Virus record (IMG/VR): IMGVR_UViG_3300019135_000007
Reading direction: 5' to 3' (one strand)
Origin: a virus
DNA length: 48,086 nt
Below the pieces are notes generated by a model. That model was given only the letters and a program-made list of their open reading frames with translations. It searched no databases and was not told the origin of the DNA. Both the position numbers and the translations under genes were made by a program. Shown one piece after another: positions 1 through 7,370 of this stretch (positions within the stretch are counted from its first letter, which is position 1; every line of letters starts with the position of its first letter).

Positions 1-127
1 GATACTTACCATCTTTCACTAGGGTTACTACTGTTGCACCCTTCTTGATGAATTTTTTCTTATCCAGTGTTTTCTTTGCATATCTTGTAAGATGAATTTT
101 TCTGTGAAAGCCCTGTAATTCTACTCC
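1..127. repeat. Left copy of an exact 127-bp direct repeat (same as 47960..48086). This is a circular-closure overlap or terminal redundancy; unit genome length is 47,959 bp
   Basis: Bases 1-127 (gatacttaccatctttcac...ccctgtaattctactcc) recur verbatim at the right end of the window. Confidence 0.95.
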
Positions 128-130
128 CAT
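1..130 (-). CDS. nrdJ: First ~43 codons of the class II ribonucleotide reductase, which continue from 45888..48086 across the circular junction
   Basis: ATG at 128-130 (minus) lies 6 nt after GGAGAGG. It reads MGVELQGFHRKIHLTRYAKKTLDKKKFIKKGATVVTLVKDGKY, in frame with the (V)KDGKYPVREI start of ORF 45888..47978. Confidence 0.75.
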   Translation of the reverse strand, partial: MGVELQGFHRKIHLTRYAKKTLDKKKFIKKGATVVTLVKDGKY

Positions 131-176
131 GTCCAACCTCTCCATTCCTCTGTTTTTTTAAAAATCCTTGGATAAC

Positions 177-187
177 AAATAGTTCAA
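177..187 (-). promoter_or_regulatory. Copy of the TGAACTATTT(A) late-type upstream motif, ahead of nrdJ
   Basis: Minus sense reads CTTGAACTATTTGTTATCC about 45 nt upstream of the nrdJ ATG; same core as the sites at 11742, 16211, 21858, 31635 and 37709. Confidence 0.35.
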
Positions 188-231
188 GTTTGTAGGCAGA
201 AATGCTTGCAAACAAAGGTGTAAACTAGCCC

Positions 232-486
232 CTATTCTTCAGTTTCTTCATCATCTTCTATCCAACTCTCAAAGTAAATCATCTTTATATCTTTCTCATT
301 TTGTACTTCATCAGGGAGCCTGTAATACTTTTCAATGCTGACATATTCAGCTTCAGGAACCATCTTTAAAAGGGCTTCAGCCACTAGCTTTGCTATGTCA
401 TAGCTTTCAAACCCATCAGTTTCATTGATGTATTCATCCTCTATGTCCCATAAAACAACCTTCCAAAACTCAACTAGACTGTCCAT
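232..486 (-). CDS. Hypothetical acidic protein (84 aa)
   Basis: ORF track; acidic tail DDEETEE; co-oriented and tightly packed upstream of thyX; no recognisable family. Confidence 0.55.
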   Translation of the reverse strand: MDSLVEFWKVVLWDIEDEYINETDGFESYDIAKLVAEALLKMVPEAEYVSIEKYYRLPDEVQNEKDIKMIYFESWIEDDEETEE

Positions 487-507
487 ATTGACCCCCTTTA
501 CCTCTCA

Positions 508-1215
508 TTAGCTTCTTCCCTCTTTAAGATGGGGCAGAGTGCAGGTTCCTTCTAGTTTGCATTTAGCACCTGCATATTGGGATAGGTTAGGAGCCACCTT
601 CTTTAAGTGGTTATACATTTTGTTAGCTACCATCCTGACCTCCCACTGGGCATAACAGCACATTCTTTCCTTCAGGAAGTGAATAAGGTTTCTTGCATCA
701 ATGGTCATGTAGAGCCTACATTTGGTTCCTGTAGGAATCACATACCTTGCATCTTCCCTAGGGATGCCCATATCTACCAGTTCTGTGTAGGTATCATAAG
801 CCTTCTTTACACTTTCTAAATACTTTTTCTTTGCTTCAGGGTTCTTCTTGATGCTAGGAGGAATCACTGCTTCCATCCTTGCTTTTTGGTATCTATAGGA
901 CTGCTTGGTATATTTTCCTGTCCTATGCCTTAAAATCTGTTCCCCACATGGGAGGGATATATCTTCAATCAGGAAGGAGAAAGAACTGTGTTCTGCTACT
1001 GACCAGTGCCCCTTCCCAATACTTCTGCTAAACAGACCTGCAATATTTTCTTCATCCTCAAACCTTGTGATAATTTCCTCAATAGACTTCTTACTGTAGG
1101 AAAGATTAGTACCTACTGCAATATTCTGTTCCACATGAGAAACAGGATTTTCCCCCATAACCCTCACTACTTGAGGGTTCATCTGTGTGTAAGACATAAG
1201 AGTAACCTTTGCCAT
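508..1215 (-). CDS. thyX: FAD-dependent thymidylate synthase ThyX
   Basis: 235-aa ORF with the ThyX signature LRHRTGKYTKQSYRY (RHR...S.RY) and a typical ThyX length. Confidence 0.88.
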   Translation of the reverse strand: MAKVTLMSYTQMNPQVVRVMGENPVSHVEQNIAVGTNLSYSKKSIEEIITRFEDEENIAGLFSRSIGKGHWSVAEHSSFSFLIEDISLPCGEQILRHRTGKYTKQSYRYQKARMEAVIPPSIKKNPEAKKKYLESVKKAYDTYTELVDMGIPREDARYVIPTGTKCRLYMTIDARNLIHFLKERMCCYAQWEVRMVANKMYNHLKKVAPNLSQYAGAKCKLEGTCTLPHLKEGRS

Positions 1216-1436
1216 AGTGGTTTCTTCCTTTCATTTTCATATTTTTCTAACTGTGCCTGAAGGCTTTTTACCTTCTGTTCCAAGACCTCTCTTTCTATTT
1301 CCAGTTCCTGAATGTGTATTTCTAATTCTTCTTTTTCATGTTGAAGGAAAGAAACATCTTCCCTCATTTCCTCATTCTCAATTTCCAACTCATTAACCCT
1401 TTCATAAAGTGCTTCTTTGGTATTGTGATACCACAT
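1179..1436 (-). CDS. Hypothetical coiled-coil protein (85 aa)
   Basis: Heptad-rich sequence (ELEIENEEM, ELEIHIQELEIEREVLEQ); overlaps the thyX start by 37 nt. Confidence 0.5.
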   Translation of the reverse strand: MWYHNTKEALYERVNELEIENEEMREDVSFLQHEKEELEIHIQELEIEREVLEQKVKSLQAQLEKYENERKKPLWQRLLLCLTHR

Positions 1437-1492
1437 CTTGAAGCCCTCCTGTCCTTGAGTAAACTAGAAGTTTACAAAGAGGATTAAAAAAA

Positions 1493-2830
1493 TTAACCCC
1501 TTCTACTTTCTAGGTTAGCAAATTTGGTCATATTCTTGATGAAGGCTAACTCTACTGTTCCAGTAGCACCCCTTCTTTGTTTAGAGATTATGATTTCTGC
1601 AATCCCCTTCTTTGGAGAATCAGCATCATAATATTCATCCCTGTAAGTAAAGATGATAACATCTGCATCCTGCTCTATTGCCCCACTGTCCCTTAAGTCA
1701 GACATGATAGGTCTTTTATCTTCCCTCTGTTCCACACTCCTGTTGAGTTGGGCTAATAAGAGGATAGGTACATCCAGTTCCCTTGCAATCTGTTTAAGTG
1801 CCTTGGTCTTTTCAGCAATAGCATCTGCCTTGGAACCTGTCTTGGAATTAGGAGAATCACTGATTAAGCCAAGGTAATCTATGACAACAAGGTCAATAGG
1901 CTTTTCAGAATGAGATTTCCTTAACTTGCTCTTAATATCAGCTATAGTTGTGTTAGGGTTATCATCAATCTGCAGTTCCCATTCCTTGATTTCCCCTAGC
2001 ACTTTCTTAACCTTCTTCCATTCATCTTCAGTCAAGTTCCCTAGCTTTAGCTTTTCAGAAGGTATATTGGCTTCAGCACAAACCATTCTCTCTAATAGCT
2101 GTTCTTTACTCATTTCAAGAGAAAAAATATCCACCTTCTTTTGGTTTCTGCAGTTATTTTGGGAGATATTTAAAGCCAAAGCAGTTTTACCCATAGATGG
2201 TCTACCTGCAATAATGATAAGGTCTGATTTCTGAAGTCCACCAGTTATTCTATCTAGGGCACTATAGCCTGTGGAAAGACCCACTAGGTTGCTCCCCTTC
2301 CTGCTTTGCAGGTTATTATAAAAATCATAAATAAATTCCTTGGTTTTAGTCATTCCCTGACTGGATACAGATGAACTTAAAACCTGAACCAAGATACTCT
2401 CTGCCTTGTCTATGGCTTCCTTGGCATCCACTGCATTGTAGCCCATTTCCTGTAGCCTTTTCCCTGCTTCTATCATGGTTCTTAATTGGGCTTTCTCCTT
2501 CACAATGCCCATATAATATTCACTGTTGGCAGTGGTAGGTACACTCTCTGCTAGTTGGGCTAGGAAACCAACTCCCCCAACCCCTTCTAGCTTCTTTTGG
2601 GCATCCAAGTATTCAGTGACAGTGACAATATCTACTGGCTTACCCTTGCTATGAACTTCCTTCATGGCATCAAAGACAATGCTATGTGAATCTATATAAA
2701 AATCCTTACTGTTCAGGGTAAAGACCCCTAATATTAGGCTTTCTTTATCAATCAGCATGGAGCCAAGGGTAGAAACCTCTGCTTCCATACTGTAAGGCAT
2801 CTTTAGGCAGTCCATTTCCATGAACTCCAC
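1493..2830 (-). CDS. dnaB: Replicative DNA helicase, DnaB family
   Basis: 445 aa; DnaB N-terminal domain, Walker A GRPSMGKTALALN, Walker B LVVIDYLGL, and RDSGAIEQDAD. Confidence 0.92.
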   Translation of the reverse strand: MEFMEMDCLKMPYSMEAEVSTLGSMLIDKESLILGVFTLNSKDFYIDSHSIVFDAMKEVHSKGKPVDIVTVTEYLDAQKKLEGVGGVGFLAQLAESVPTTANSEYYMGIVKEKAQLRTMIEAGKRLQEMGYNAVDAKEAIDKAESILVQVLSSSVSSQGMTKTKEFIYDFYNNLQSRKGSNLVGLSTGYSALDRITGGLQKSDLIIIAGRPSMGKTALALNISQNNCRNQKKVDIFSLEMSKEQLLERMVCAEANIPSEKLKLGNLTEDEWKKVKKVLGEIKEWELQIDDNPNTTIADIKSKLRKSHSEKPIDLVVIDYLGLISDSPNSKTGSKADAIAEKTKALKQIARELDVPILLLAQLNRSVEQREDKRPIMSDLRDSGAIEQDADVIIFTYRDEYYDADSPKKGIAEIIISKQRRGATGTVELAFIKNMTKFANLESRRG

Positions 2831-2859
2831 ACCCTTCCATATTGTTTTGTGTTTGTGTT

Positions 2860-3159
2860 CTACAGGTCTTTCAACATATCTTTCATCATACTTTGGAATT
2901 TCTCTCTACCTTCAGATTGTGGGGCAGGTTTTTCCATTGTGATTTTTCTGCATATGCCCCTCAAATACTCTGCAGGTCTTTTGATACATTTGGCTTGGCT
3001 TGGTCTTGATTTAACAGTATTGATGGCTTCCCTTACTGTGTCCTCACCATATGTTTTATATAGTCTACCAATAAAACCAAAAGCAACACTATCCTGCTTG
3101 ACACCTTCTACCTCAAACCACTCTTTAGTGAGTTGAGTTACTGGATTGGGTTTAGACAA
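2860..3159 (-). CDS. Hypothetical protein (99 aa), directly upstream of dnaB
   Basis: ORF track; its position suggests a replication accessory or loader role, but I recognise no motif. Confidence 0.5.
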   Translation of the reverse strand: MSKPNPVTQLTKEWFEVEGVKQDSVAFGFIGRLYKTYGEDTVREAINTVKSRPSQAKCIKRPAEYLRGICRKITMEKPAPQSEGREKFQSMMKDMLKDL

Positions 3160-3343
3160 CTTCCTTCATCCCTTCTATGCACTGAACTAGCATCTGCAGT
3201 AGTTTATCTGTCTCTACAATGATGCTTAATTCATTTCCTGTATCTGAAGTAATAGTAAGCATTGTTAGTCCTTTTACATTTTTGACCTTTAAAGCTCTCT
3301 TACCAAACAGACCTTCTAGGAGTAAATCTTGGTTGTTTTTCAT
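3152..3343 (-). CDS. Hypothetical protein (63 aa)
   Basis: ORF track; overlaps the next gene by 8 nt, suggesting translational coupling. Confidence 0.45.
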   Translation of the reverse strand: MKNNQDLLLEGLFGKRALKVKNVKGLTMLTITSDTGNELSIIVETDKLLQMLVQCIEGMKEVV

Positions 3344-3390
3344 GCTATCTAACCTATCCTTTCTCTGATGTGTTAAAGATAGCCCTTCAT

Positions 3391-4056
3391 TTAGAAGGGC
3401 AAATCATCATCCTGAATCTCAACTCCAACTAATCTCTCTACTTCATCAGACATTAGGAATTTAATGATTTCAGATGCTTGTACTCTGTTGACTTCAGATA
3501 AACCAATATTTATCCCTAGATGGTCTAATACCTGTTCAACTGAAAGCCCTTTGGCTTTAGCATCTTTCTCAATTTTCCCAATCTGTGCTTTTGTAGCTTT
3601 AGGAGCAGAACTTGCTTTTGGCTCTGAATTTTGTTCCCCTTGCTTATGTGAGTTCTTGGCTTCCTGATTGACTTCATCCAAGTCCCCTAATTCCTCAAAG
3701 ACTGTTCCAAAGCCTGTAAGGAACCTTAATGCCCTACCAATGGCTCTTGTTTCTGCCATCCTGATAATATGGGGCACAATCATTTTATTTACATTGTTTG
3801 GTGAAGCATCACCATAGCCACTGAATGTTTTGCCATCTTTGGTTCTGACTACTGCATGTATAATGGCTTCATGACCATTTTCTTTACTAGGAGCCTGAAC
3901 CATAGTGGTTTCAATCCCTGCTAATTCCCATTCAGCATGAGCAATTTCCAGTAATCCTTCAAAGAGGATATACTCTTTACCTTGTAGCTTTACTACCTTG
4001 TCAGTATTGTACTTTGCCAATACAATCCACCCTTTCATATTGTTTTGTGTGCCCAA
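3391..4056 (-). CDS. Putative Rad52/Sak-like single-strand annealing protein
   Basis: MAETRAIGRALRFLTGFG resembles the Rad52 annealing-domain motif (...TDGLKRALRSFGNALG). The first codons (MGTQNNMKGW) are the conserved CA-rich leader, so the true start is probably a few codons downstream. Confidence 0.5.
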   Translation of the reverse strand: MGTQNNMKGWIVLAKYNTDKVVKLQGKEYILFEGLLEIAHAEWELAGIETTMVQAPSKENGHEAIIHAVVRTKDGKTFSGYGDASPNNVNKMIVPHIIRMAETRAIGRALRFLTGFGTVFEELGDLDEVNQEAKNSHKQGEQNSEPKASSAPKATKAQIGKIEKDAKAKGLSVEQVLDHLGINIGLSEVNRVQASEIIKFLMSDEVERLVGVEIQDDDLPF

Positions 4057-4079
4057 GGTTTATTTAACCTTGTGATTTA

Positions 4080-4108
4080 ATCTTACCACCACTCTTTCAC
4101 TTTGTCAA
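4080..4108 (-). promoter_or_regulatory. Sigma-A type promoter for the annealase/dnaB/thyX leftward operon
   Basis: -35 TTGACA (4103-4108), 17-nt spacer, -10 TAAGAT (4080-4085), read on the minus strand. Confidence 0.7.
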
Positions 4109-4195
4109 CATCCAGTTTACAAACACACAAAACTTTTTGTGGGTAGATATAAATAATAATTATTTTCAGAATTTTAATCTCTCTAGATGATTTTA

Positions 4196-4215
4196 TTTAA
4201 TCTGAACAGATTAAA
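4196..4215. promoter_or_regulatory. Perfect 9-2-9 palindrome TTTAATCTG-AA-CAGATTAAA; candidate operator in the divergent switch region
   Basis: Read directly. A half-site-like TTTTAATCTC recurs about 25 bp to the left (about 4171-4182). Confidence 0.5.
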
Positions 4216-4298
4216 CAATATGAAATTGCTTCCATGTGACTAGGTTAAGAAAACTAAATATGACCAAAATAGATAGTAGGAAGGGGGAAGTGTTTTTT

Positions 4299-4670
4299 AT
4301 GGCAGGTGCTTTAATAAGAAAGGCTAGAAAAAAGTTAAGATATACCCTAGATGATGTGGCTAAATATGTTGGGGTTTCAGCCAATTATATCAGTGAACTG
4401 GAAAGGGGAATTAAAAATAACCCCACTGATGAAGTGATTGAGAAGATTGCTGAATTTTTACATATAGATGCAACTGAACTATATGCTCTCTTTGGAAAGG
4501 TGCCACCAAGCATAATGGAGGAATTTAGTTTTAATCCCTCTATAGCAAAGGGGATAGATGAAATTAACAAGCTAGGTCTTTCAGAAGAAGAAAAGAGAGA
4601 ACTATATGACAGAATAGGGTATTGGACTAGAAAGATTATGGAAGAATATAAACAAAGGAAGAAAATGTAA
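4299..4670 (+). CDS. XRE-family HTH regulator (CI-like repressor candidate)
   Basis: ORF 4236..4670. The ATG at 4299 (MAGALIRKARKKL) follows GGAAGGGGGAAG. HTH is LDDVAKYVGVSANYISELERG. Confidence 0.8.
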   Translation: MAGALIRKARKKLRYTLDDVAKYVGVSANYISELERGIKNNPTDEVIEKIAEFLHIDATELYALFGKVPPSIMEEFSFNPSIAKGIDEINKLGLSEEEKRELYDRIGYWTRKIMEEYKQRKKM

Positions 4671-4696
4671 ATTAGTGGCAGGAAGGAGGGTGAAGT

Positions 4697-5080
4697 ATGA
4701 ATGAATATTATGAGTTCATAAATCAGATTAAAAACCTTTTTATCTTTACTTCAGGTTATTTAACTGCCACTATCATACAGACAATTATTGTCATGCACTG
4801 TAGTGTTAAGTATATAAAAAGGGATGATAAAATGCCCCACAATGTCTATCTCAACATGAGGTGTGGGGATTTAAGGTGGGTTGTGATGAACCCTAAAACT
4901 TGGAGGGATATGCTTGAAGGGTTATTTTTATTGATTGTTTATAGGGCAGGGGAAGGATATGTAAAGCCACATGATAAAGTCAGGGTAAAAATAATATTAA
5001 CAACTTTATTAGTCATTACACTCATTTTAATAATTTCAGGTCTTTGGTACTCCTTTAATATCATTCCACCTACAGAATAA
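4697..5080 (+). CDS. Small membrane protein (127 aa, 2 predicted TM segments) co-transcribed with the repressor
   Basis: Strong SD GGAAGGAGGGTG before the ATG; hydrophobic stretches IFTSGYLTATIIQTIIV and ILTTLLVITLILIISGLW. Confidence 0.65.
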   Translation: MNEYYEFINQIKNLFIFTSGYLTATIIQTIIVMHCSVKYIKRDDKMPHNVYLNMRCGDLRWVVMNPKTWRDMLEGLFLLIVYRAGEGYVKPHDKVRVKIILTTLLVITLILIISGLWYSFNIIPPTE

Positions 5081-5082
5081 AT

Positions 5083-5104
5083 AAAGGGGCATATTGCCCC
5101 CTTT
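5083..5104. terminator. Bidirectional hairpin terminator between convergent genes
   Basis: AAAGGGGCA-TAT-TGCCCCCTTT, flanked by A and T runs, lies between the 4697..5080(+) and 5124..5591(-) stops. Confidence 0.7.
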
Positions 5105-5123
5105 GTGTATGTATTAGGCAGAA

Positions 5124-5579
5124 TTATTCTTGTTCTGCCTTATCCTGCTCTTTCTCTGTTTCTTCATCTATTTCTCCTAGGATTTCCATATAGAGTTCAT
5201 TAACTTTATTCATAAACCTGTCTCTCTTTTCTTCAGTCAATCTGCTTAAAGCTGATAGTAAAAGTTGAAGTTCTTCAGCTTGGTCTAGTAACTTTCTTGC
5301 CTTTAAAGGTGCCCTTCCAAGTATTTTAAACATTTCATCTTCATCCTGATTAAATAATTGAGCCATTTGTTGGACTATAGGGTCTGTAGGAGCCTTTATT
5401 CCCCTAATGATTTCAGAAAGATAATTAGCAGACACATTCAATTTTTCACCTAAAGCCCTTAAATTATAGCCTGCTTTAGTTCTTAAATTATCTAAATGCT
5501 CACCAAAGGCAATCATATGTTTAGCCTGTCTTAATTTCTCCTCTGCAGTTAATTGATTTGCCTTTTCCCCTAGTCTCAT
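5124..5579 (-). CDS. XRE-family HTH regulator (second switch protein)
   Basis: ORF 5124..5591; the likely start MRLGEKANQ has an AAAGGA SD upstream. HTH is LRALGEKLNVSANYLSEIIRG. Confidence 0.8.
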   Translation of the reverse strand: MRLGEKANQLTAEEKLRQAKHMIAFGEHLDNLRTKAGYNLRALGEKLNVSANYLSEIIRGIKAPTDPIVQQMAQLFNQDEDEMFKILGRAPLKARKLLDQAEELQLLLSALSRLTEEKRDRFMNKVNELYMEILGEIDEETEKEQDKAEQE

Positions 5580-5621
5580 GACACACAACATCCTTTCATA
5601 AACTTATTGATTACACTTATT

Positions 5622-5650
5622 ATAATAAACAAGATGTGTCCCTGTGTCAA
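5622..5650 (-). promoter_or_regulatory. Sigma-A type promoter for the 5124..5579 regulator
   Basis: -35 TTGACA (5645-5650), 17 nt, -10 TATTAT (5622-5627). Confidence 0.7.
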
Positions 5651-5739
5651 CACTTTGTTTACAGAATCTTTTTCAAATTCCAATAAAGTGTAGTGGGGCA
5701 GAATATTGGATGTGGTGGTAGTAAAAACCAAAGTTATGT

Positions 5740-5827
5740 TAAGAACCCCTGCAAAGCAGGGGAAGTCTTTCAGACTTCTACTAATTCTTTTTTAAAGGCA
5801 AAAACATATTACATGTGCCTTCGGCAC
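5740..5827 (-). ncRNA. Candidate small structured RNA or structured 5' leader with no ORF
   Basis: Lies downstream of the consensus promoter at 5834..5862. Three hairpins: ATGTGCC-GAA-GGCACAT (5813-5829), GAAGTC-TGAAA-GACTTC (5762-5778) and CCCCTGC-TTT-GCAGGGG (5746-5762), then TTCTT. Confidence 0.35.
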
Positions 5828-5833
5828 ATCCCT

Positions 5834-5862
5834 ATTGTATCATGGATTTTAGAGTTTGTCAA
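5834..5862 (-). promoter_or_regulatory. Consensus sigma-A promoter with no gene directly behind it
   Basis: -35 TTGACA (5857-5862), 17 nt, -10 TACAAT (5834-5839). Confidence 0.7.
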
Positions 5863-5948
5863 CAAAAAGTTTACTGAATGACAAAGATTGTTACACTTCC
5901 CCTGCCCCACTGAACTATCTTTTTAGGGAAAAGGGCATACTACACCCC

Positions 5949-6842
5949 TTACCCCTCTAGGAAGTTATATAAAGGCACTCTTACATTGACTTGGAATACT
6001 GGTTCTTCTTCCTCCTCATAAGAGTAAACCTCTAAAATATGCTCTTTCTCCATAAGGGCATCTACAGTGTTATGGAAGTATCCTTCAAGGTTAAAAGGCT
6101 TGTCTACTCTTAAGGCAGATTTAAACTTTCTCATAGTGGCTTTAAAGGCTTCTAGGGCACACTCTAAAACATCAGGGCATAGATAATGCTTCTTCTTAAA
6201 CTTCTTCACCATAGCCCATAATTTATGTATCAGTTTAGCATCATCAAAGTAGCAGGAAACTAGGTCAACAAACTCTTTTGGGATGTCCTTGCTGACCATT
6301 TCCTTACCTAAAATGATTTCTTTAGCCTTTTTAACCACTTTACTGTATATATTATTATTATTTTTATTAATATTAGCTTTTTTATCATTTGTTTCAGGTT
6401 GAGAATTTTGGGCTTCAGCCTTACTCTCACAAGGGCTTTGAGGTTCTGCAGGGTACTTCAAAATTCTCTCTGCTGGTACTTCATTTGTGTATCTTTTAAA
6501 GACATATACACTATGACCCTGCCCACCCTTTTTATGAATAGTGTGGATAACCTCAATGATACCTAGCTTCTTGGCTTTTCTTAACATTCTCTCAAAAGTG
6601 CTTCTTGAGATACCATAGCCATTAAATTTCTCATGGATAGCCTTTAACATAGTTGCAATTTTGGCAAATGCAATCCCAAAGTATTTAGCACTATATTGTG
6701 TTAGCTTTTTAAAGGCAATAAGTTCACCTTTAGTAAATTTATCTTTATGGTCTGCCAAGAACCTTCTATTGCTTGCATTAAACTCCTGTAAATTTTCAAA
6801 CTGGCTCAATTTTCTATACTCTTTAGCTTGCCCAGAAAGCAT
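5949..6842 (-). CDS. Putative plasmid-type replication initiator / winged-helix DNA-binding protein (297 aa)
   Basis: The N-terminal half (GISRSTFERMLRKAKKLGIIEV) looks like an HTH or winged helix. It sits next to the par genes behind an elaborate control region. The family call is inference. Confidence 0.45.
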   Translation of the reverse strand: MLSGQAKEYRKLSQFENLQEFNASNRRFLADHKDKFTKGELIAFKKLTQYSAKYFGIAFAKIATMLKAIHEKFNGYGISRSTFERMLRKAKKLGIIEVIHTIHKKGGQGHSVYVFKRYTNEVPAERILKYPAEPQSPCESKAEAQNSQPETNDKKANINKNNNNIYSKVVKKAKEIILGKEMVSKDIPKEFVDLVSCYFDDAKLIHKLWAMVKKFKKKHYLCPDVLECALEAFKATMRKFKSALRVDKPFNLEGYFHNTVDALMEKEHILEVYSYEEEEEPVFQVNVRVPLYNFLEG

Positions 6843-6848
6843 AAAAAT

Positions 6849-6879
6849 AACTCCTTTCTATATTCTACTGAAAGGAGTT
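6849..6879 (-). promoter_or_regulatory. 10-bp stem hairpin that sequesters the rep Shine-Dalgarno
   Basis: AACTCCTTTC (6849-6858) pairs with GAAAGGAGTT (6870-6879). In the mRNA sense the 3' arm is the GAAAGGAG SD, 7 nt before the rep ATG. Confidence 0.5.
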
Positions 6880-7039
6880 CCCTACCACACAACTTAAAAA
6901 AAATGTAAACACACTTGAATAAGCCTATAGAATTGGTTATACTATAGGTAACTTAATATGTTTTGTGGGTCAAGGAACCCCTAAAAATTCCTTGCATGCA
7001 AAATAACTCCTTTTTAGGGTGTCCTGTGTGGTAGGGAAC
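6877..7039. repeat. 15-bp perfect inverted repeat pair, GTTCCCTACCACACA (6877-6891) and TGTGTGGTAGGGAAC (7025-7039), bracketing the rep upstream region
   Basis: Read directly. Each arm sits next to a copy of AAAATAACTCCTTT (6844-6857 and 7001-7014). Confidence 0.8.
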
Positions 7040-7046
7040 CCTAATC

Positions 7047-7080
7047 CAAAACCTAGTGATTGCCAGTCACTAGGTTTTTT
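7047..7080. terminator. Hairpin terminator (CCTAGTGA-N7-TCACTAGG) with U-tracts on both strands
   Basis: Stem arms at 7052-7059 and 7067-7074, flanked by CCAAAA and TTTTTT. Confidence 0.6.
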
Positions 7081-7235
7081 CCTTTAGCCATAATTCTACA
7101 ATATTTTTGGAATGTTTGTCCATATCTTGCATATATCTAATATCTTGTGCTACAATATTGGTATCCCTTTTATATTGTTTTGTTTTTGTGTTCTTTATCA
7201 GGGGGAGTAATCCCCCAAAAATTTTGCCTATAATT

Positions 7236-7264
7236 ATAATAACATCACTGTAGTTTTGTGTCAA
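7236..7264 (-). promoter_or_regulatory. Sigma-A type promoter of a ~170-nt unit between par and rep
   Basis: -35 TTGACA (7259-7264), 17 nt, -10 TATTAT (7236-7241). It is followed by the GGGGGA-TTAC-TCCCCC hairpin and the CA-rich leader. Confidence 0.7.
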
Positions 7265-7273
7265 TTTCATATT

Positions 7274-7303
7274 AAAAAAGAAGGGGATTATTTCTGCCCC
7301 TTC
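7274..7303 (-). terminator. Rho-independent terminator of the par operon
   Basis: Minus sense GAAGGGG-CAGAAATAAT-CCCCTTC followed by TTTTTT. Confidence 0.75.
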
Positions 7304-7370
7304 CTGTAGTTCTCTATTCTTCTTTTTAGTTCTTCTTCATATCTCTCAATGATTGTTTTAATTTTATACC

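Noticed and set aside
7070-7270. 66-aa ORF from the track
   Set aside because: Its first two thirds translate a consensus promoter, a GC hairpin and the conserved CA-rich leader. Only a tiny distal ORF or an RNA is plausible (see the finding for 7047..7264).
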